Origin: a candidate division FCPU426 bacterium | Lineage (GTDB): Bacteria; Oederibacteriota; Muellerivitia; Muellerivitales; Muellerivitaceae | Assembly (NCBI GenBank): GCA_963771075.1 | Contig: CAVYSE010000011.1 | Span: forward strand, 64,001 to 128,000 | Direction of reading: 5' to 3' | DNA length: 64,000 nt | Shown: piece by piece, positions 60,086-64,000 of the stretch | Numbering within the stretch: the first letter of the stretch is position 1 | How the letters are laid out: the number at the start of each line of letters is the position of its first letter | Position numbers and translations under genes: made by a program | Notes under the pieces: generated by a model | The model's database searches: none | What the model was told of the DNA's origin: nothing | What the model saw: only the letters and a program-made list of their open reading frames with translations

Positions 60086-60991
60086 ATGAAGTTTAAACGG
60101 AACGGCATTCTGCTGATGAGCCTCTCGGGAATCCTTTTCGGTTTCCTGCCCATTCTCGTGAAATGGGGAAACCAACATGACCTCGGGGCGGTCCAAACTT
60201 GCTTCTGCCGGTTCGTCATCTCGCTCTTAGGGATCGCCCTCCTTCATTATTACGGCCCCCAAAAGATCAAGATCGTAAACCTCGAGGCCCTGCTCTGGCG
60301 GGGCATCCTGGGGGGGCTGACGGTCATTCTTTATTTCATGACCCTCCAATTAACCACCGCGGCCAAGGGCACCCTGCTCAATTACACCTATTCCATCTGG
60401 GCCAATGTTTTCGGGGTTCTTTTCCTCAAGCACAAACCGCCTAAGGGTTTTGCCCTGATCCTCCTCATGGCGGCGGCGGGGGTCTGGCTGGTACTGGGGG
60501 TGCGATTCGACCAATTTACATGGGGAGACCTGACCGGCGTCTTGTCCGGGATGGTGGCGGGAGGGGGTGTGGCCGCGATCAAGGTGGCGCGAAAAACCGA
60601 TAACGCCCTGACCGTCTTCGGAAGTTTTTCCTTCTTCGGTTTTTTCTTTTCCGGGTTGGGGCTTCTTCTCTTTCCGCTTTTGGGGGGATTTTTCCGGGCC
60701 CTCGGGGGGTTCCATCCCTTGGACACCATGGGGCTTGGCATTCTCCTGCTCATGGGCCTTTGCGCGATGGGGGCCCAGCTTTTGTTCACCCACGGATATG
60801 GCTATACCAGCTTTTCGATGGGCACCCTTTTATCCCTCCTAACTCCCATCCTGGCGGCCCTGTTGGGCTGGGTTTGGCTGGGGGAACCGCTCACACCCCA
60901 TTTTATCCTGGGGACCCTATTGGTGCTGGGATCCTGCCTTATCTTGGGTTGGCAGGAAGGAAGCCCAAAAAATCAGCTGGCAAGCCTGTAA
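60086..60991 (+). CDS. DMT/EamA transporter
   Basis: Ten TM helices; RG..G, LLNYT..IW...F..LFL, LGE. Confidence 0.88.
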   Translation: MKFKRNGILLMSLSGILFGFLPILVKWGNQHDLGAVQTCFCRFVISLLGIALLHYYGPQKIKIVNLEALLWRGILGGLTVILYFMTLQLTTAAKGTLLNYTYSIWANVFGVLFLKHKPPKGFALILLMAAAGVWLVLGVRFDQFTWGDLTGVLSGMVAGGGVAAIKVARKTDNALTVFGSFSFFGFFFSGLGLLLFPLLGGFFRALGGFHPLDTMGLGILLLMGLCAMGAQLLFTHGYGYTSFSMGTLLSLLTPILAALLGWVWLGEPLTPHFILGTLLVLGSCLILGWQEGSPKNQLASL

Positions 60992-61048
60992 AAAACAACC
61001 TAAGCTCAGGCTATAATTCAATAAATCCATTTCAATAAAGGGCTCCTT

Positions 61049-61492
61049 ATGCCATCCAAAAGAGGCTGGATCGAGAAACGCCAACATGAGCGCATTGTCG
61101 CGACCGTCAAGGTCGATTACCGGCTGGTCAACCCCAAGGAATCCAAGGCGGTTTTGGACCATGTGGACTACAAAAGCACAACCGTGGAGCAATTACCCGC
61201 CCTTTCCCACAAGTCGGCCCTTTACCACGCGGTGACCAAGGACATATCCCTGGGCGGGTTGGCGCTCCTGGGGGAGCAGGAATTTCCAATCGGCACGGTG
61301 GTGGAGATCGGCCTTCACCTGCCCCGGTATGAGACGGTCCTGAAATTCCTGGCCAAGGTGGTCCGCACCGAATCCTTCATCGAGATGGGCCGGACCGTCC
61401 ATCGTGCCGGGGTTCAAACCATCGCCATCAACCAGGATGACCTCATGAGGATCGAGAAATACCTGATCAACCTGGCCAAGAAGAACCGTTGA
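61049..61492 (+). CDS. Stand-alone PilZ domain protein
   Basis: RQHER (RxxxR) and DISLGG (DxSxxG). Confidence 0.88.
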   Translation: MPSKRGWIEKRQHERIVATVKVDYRLVNPKESKAVLDHVDYKSTTVEQLPALSHKSALYHAVTKDISLGGLALLGEQEFPIGTVVEIGLHLPRYETVLKFLAKVVRTESFIEMGRTVHRAGVQTIAINQDDLMRIEKYLINLAKKNR

Positions 61493-62508
61493 GGCTGACG
61501 GAACAACCCTTTTCCATTTCTCCCGAGCCCACTTCCCAAAAACTCCCCCACTGGAGGGGCTTCAATCTTTTAGGATTCTATTCCCTCAACCGTTGGGCGG
61601 GCCCGTTCCTGGAATGGGATTTCAAGATGGTCTGTGAATGGGGTTTTGATTTCGTCCGCATTCCCATGGATTACCGCCTTTGGATCAAGGATGGCGACCC
61701 CCGGTCCATCGACCCGAACGCCTTCGGGGACCTGGAACAGGCGGTGGAGTGGGCTGATCAATACGCCCTCCACGCTTGCTTGAATATCCACCGCGCCCCC
61801 GGTTATTGCATCAACCCTCCCCACGAACCCAAGAGCCTCTGGACCGACCGGGAAACCCAGGAGATTTGCGCGGACCATTGGGCCTTCTTGGCGAAAAGGT
61901 TCAAGGGAATTCCGAACCGGCGGATGAGTTTTGACCTCTTGAACGAACCCGACGGGGTGGATAACCCCGCCTACGCCCGGGTGGTCACCCTCTTGACCGA
62001 AGCCATCCGATCACAGGATCCCAAGCGTCTGGTCATCGCCGACGGCACCGAGGTGGGAAACCGGCCCGTACCCGAATTGATCCCGCTGGGGGTGGCCCAG
62101 GCGACCCGGGGCTATCAGCCGATGGGAGTGAGCCATTACCAGGCCCCCTGGTGGACTGGATCGGCGGGGTTGCCCCCGCCCGCCTGGCCCATGGAAGTCC
62201 ATGGGGAAAAATGGGACAAGGCATGGCTCCAAAAAAAATTCATCGCGCCCTGGAAAGAACTGGAAGCCCGAGGCGTGGGCGTTTTCGTGGGGGAGTGGGG
62301 GGTTTATCAGCAGACACCCCATGAGCTGGCCTTGGCCTTGATGAAAGACCATTTGGAATTGTGGAAAGAAGCGGGGTGGGGCTGGGCGCTTTGGAATTTC
62401 AGGGGGGATTTCGGGGTCCTTAACAGCGGCCGAAAGGATGTGGCTTATGAACCTTTCGCCGGCCACCTTTTGGACCGAAAGATGCTGGCATTGCTTCAGG
62501 CCTATTGA
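61489..62508 (+). CDS. Glycoside hydrolase family 5
   Basis: RGFNL, GFDFVRIP, FDLLNEP (acid/base), VGEWG (nucleophile), GWALW; no signal peptide. Confidence 0.92.
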   Translation: MRLTEQPFSISPEPTSQKLPHWRGFNLLGFYSLNRWAGPFLEWDFKMVCEWGFDFVRIPMDYRLWIKDGDPRSIDPNAFGDLEQAVEWADQYALHACLNIHRAPGYCINPPHEPKSLWTDRETQEICADHWAFLAKRFKGIPNRRMSFDLLNEPDGVDNPAYARVVTLLTEAIRSQDPKRLVIADGTEVGNRPVPELIPLGVAQATRGYQPMGVSHYQAPWWTGSAGLPPPAWPMEVHGEKWDKAWLQKKFIAPWKELEARGVGVFVGEWGVYQQTPHELALALMKDHLELWKEAGWGWALWNFRGDFGVLNSGRKDVAYEPFAGHLLDRKMLALLQAY

Positions 62509-62606
62509 CCCAAGAAATAGAAGACAACCTGCCTATTCCGGGGCCGGTTGTCGAAATCGATCAAGACGATCTGCTGCCAAGTGCCCAGGAGGGTTTGGCC
62601 CTCCCT
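62502..62606 (-). pseudogene. yjbQ: 3' remnant of yjbQ (UPF0047, secondary thiamine-phosphate synthase)
   Basis: Minus frame reads REGQTLLGTWQQIVLIDFDNRPRNRQVVFYFLGQ*; an in-frame TAA lies immediately upstream. Confidence 0.8.
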
Positions 62607-62641
62607 TTAGGAGTTTGGGGGTTGGAGTGATCAATTTGTCT

Positions 62642-62872
62642 TTAGAGACTATAACAATACCTAATTTCACCACAGGCCGCCTTTGGCGGCCACAGAGGCA
62701 CAGAGAAAAACCTTTCTAAATTCAAGGAATCTTAAACCAAATGTCCGGGTTTACCCTGTCCCCTTTCGCCCAAAAGGCGAAAGAAATAGAGACAATACCG
62801 ACCCCATTTAATGTCTCATGGATGGTCGGCATGTGTCTCCGTGTCTCTGTGGTAAATATTTGGTTTTGTTAG
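62642..62872 (+). repeat. Multi-hairpin dispersed repeat, copy 2 (longer, with nested inverted repeats)
   Basis: Core shared with 52343-52521; CACAGAGGCACAGAG pairs with CTCCGTGTCTCTGTG; CTATAACAA/TTGTTAGAG near the ends. Confidence 0.85.
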
Positions 62873-62930
62873 AGATTTTTAGATTAAAAAACTCAACTTT
62901 AACAAATTCCTAATAGCGCATTGCCTATAA

Positions 62931-63032
62931 CTATTCCCCCTTTGAAAAAAGGGGGGAAGGGGGGTATTAGTCGTTGTCGATGGGGTTAAAAAAGGCTAAC
63001 TCCCCCTTAGTCCCCCTCTTTCAGAGGGGGAA
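62931..63032. repeat. About 100-bp REP/MITE-like element, copy 2 (inverted)
   Basis: Reverse complement of 31767-31868 with a diverged centre. Confidence 0.85.
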
Positions 63033-63115
63033 AATTAGAACGACCCTGAAATTTGCCTAAGTCGAGTAAATAAGAATTGAATTCCTAACTTCTAACCTCC
63101 ACCCCTAACTTTTCT

Positions 63116-64000
63116 TTATTTGAGCGCCTTCATGGTGTCCTGGATCAATGCGGCGGATTTGGCCACCATGGCCTTTTCCTCATCGTTCAAGGGCACTTCG
63201 ATGATCTGCTCCAAACCCTTGCGGCCGAGTTTGCAATAGACCCCGAAGTAGGAGTTCTTCAATCCGTATTCCCCTTCCAGGTAAGCGGAGCAGGGAACCA
63301 CGAGTTTCTTGTCCTTCAAGATGGCCTCTACCATGGAACCGGCCGCCGCGCCGGGCGCGTACCAGGCCGAAACGCCAAGAAGACCCACCAGCTCACCGCC
63401 CCCCTTACGGGTGCGCTCAACGATGGCGTCGATCTGTTCTTTCTTGAGGATGTTGGAAATGGGTACTCCGGCGATGGTGGAGTAACGCACCAGGGGCACC
63501 ATCTCGTCCCCATGCCCGCCAATCACCCCCGCCGTGACGTTCTCCACCGCGACCTGGGCGGCCTCGGCCAGGAAGGTTCGCATGCGGGCCCCATCCAACA
63601 CGCCCGCCTGGCCCAGGACCCTATACTTGGGAAAGCCCGAGGCCTTGTAAGCCACATAGCACATGGTGTCGAGGGGGTTGGTGACGATGATGAGGATGGA
63701 GTTCGGACTCTTGGCGGCCAGTTCCTTTGTTACGCCGGCCACGATTCCCTGGTTCACGGCCACCAGGTCCTCACGGCTCATGCCGGGTTTGCGGGGCACG
63801 CCCGCCGTGATGACGCAAACATCCGAATCCGCCGTGTCGGCGTAGTCCGTGGTGCCCTTCAAGCGGGTGTTATAGCCGGAAATGGGGCCCACCTGCAAAA
63901 GATCCAGGGCCTTGCCCTTGGGCATGTCCTTGGCGGCGGGGATATCCAACAAAACGATGTCCCCCATATCCCGCTCGGCCATCCAGGCCGCGCAAGAAGC
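63116..64000 (-). CDS. mdh: Malate dehydrogenase, LDH-like (5' end outside window)
   Basis: GKALD, TAGVPRKPGMSREDL, NPLD, LDGAR, GGHGD, SAWYAP. Confidence 0.96.
   Translation of the reverse strand, partial: ASCAAWMAERDMGDIVLLDIPAAKDMPKGKALDLLQVGPISGYNTRLKGTTDYADTADSDVCVITAGVPRKPGMSREDLVAVNQGIVAGVTKELAAKSPNSILIIVTNPLDTMCYVAYKASGFPKYRVLGQAGVLDGARMRTFLAEAAQVAVENVTAGVIGGHGDEMVPLVRYSTIAGVPISNILKKEQIDAIVERTRKGGGELVGLLGVSAWYAPGAAAGSMVEAILKDKKLVVPCSAYLEGEYGLKNSYFGVYCKLGRKGLEQIIEVPLNDEEKAMVAKSAALIQDTMKALK

Overview
This is a bacterial chromosomal window, mostly core metabolism. It contains the distal nuo operon (nuoG-N) and a co-directional korAB / polyferredoxin / YumC-type FNR / Sdh1-type SdhCAB cluster. 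Other recognisable genes are icd, mdh (partial), cstA, a tandem-domain thyX, mqnD, queG, a eukaryote-like mtnB-mtnD pair, moeZ, bcp, an AAA+/vWA pair, five GT-C-type membrane glycosyltransferases, transporters and hypotheticals. Five genes are broken by indels; because nuoG is among them, sequencing or assembly error is the likeliest cause. I saw no rRNA, tRNA, CRISPR array, transposase or integrase. The less ordinary signal is mostly intergenic: (i) a self-contained 16-codon Lys-rich mini-gene with candidate promoter, perfect SD and terminator; (ii) a two-copy multi-hairpin element whose variation keeps pairing by G-U on the + strand; (iii) three further families of palindromic or short-unit repeats, one apparently carrying the RBS of nuo genes; (iv) remnants of yjbQ and of a zeta-toxin-like ATPase. 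A ligand-less ferritin-like gene also sits next to a GAFTGA-less enhancer-binding protein. All family calls come from motif recognition by eye; no database search was run.
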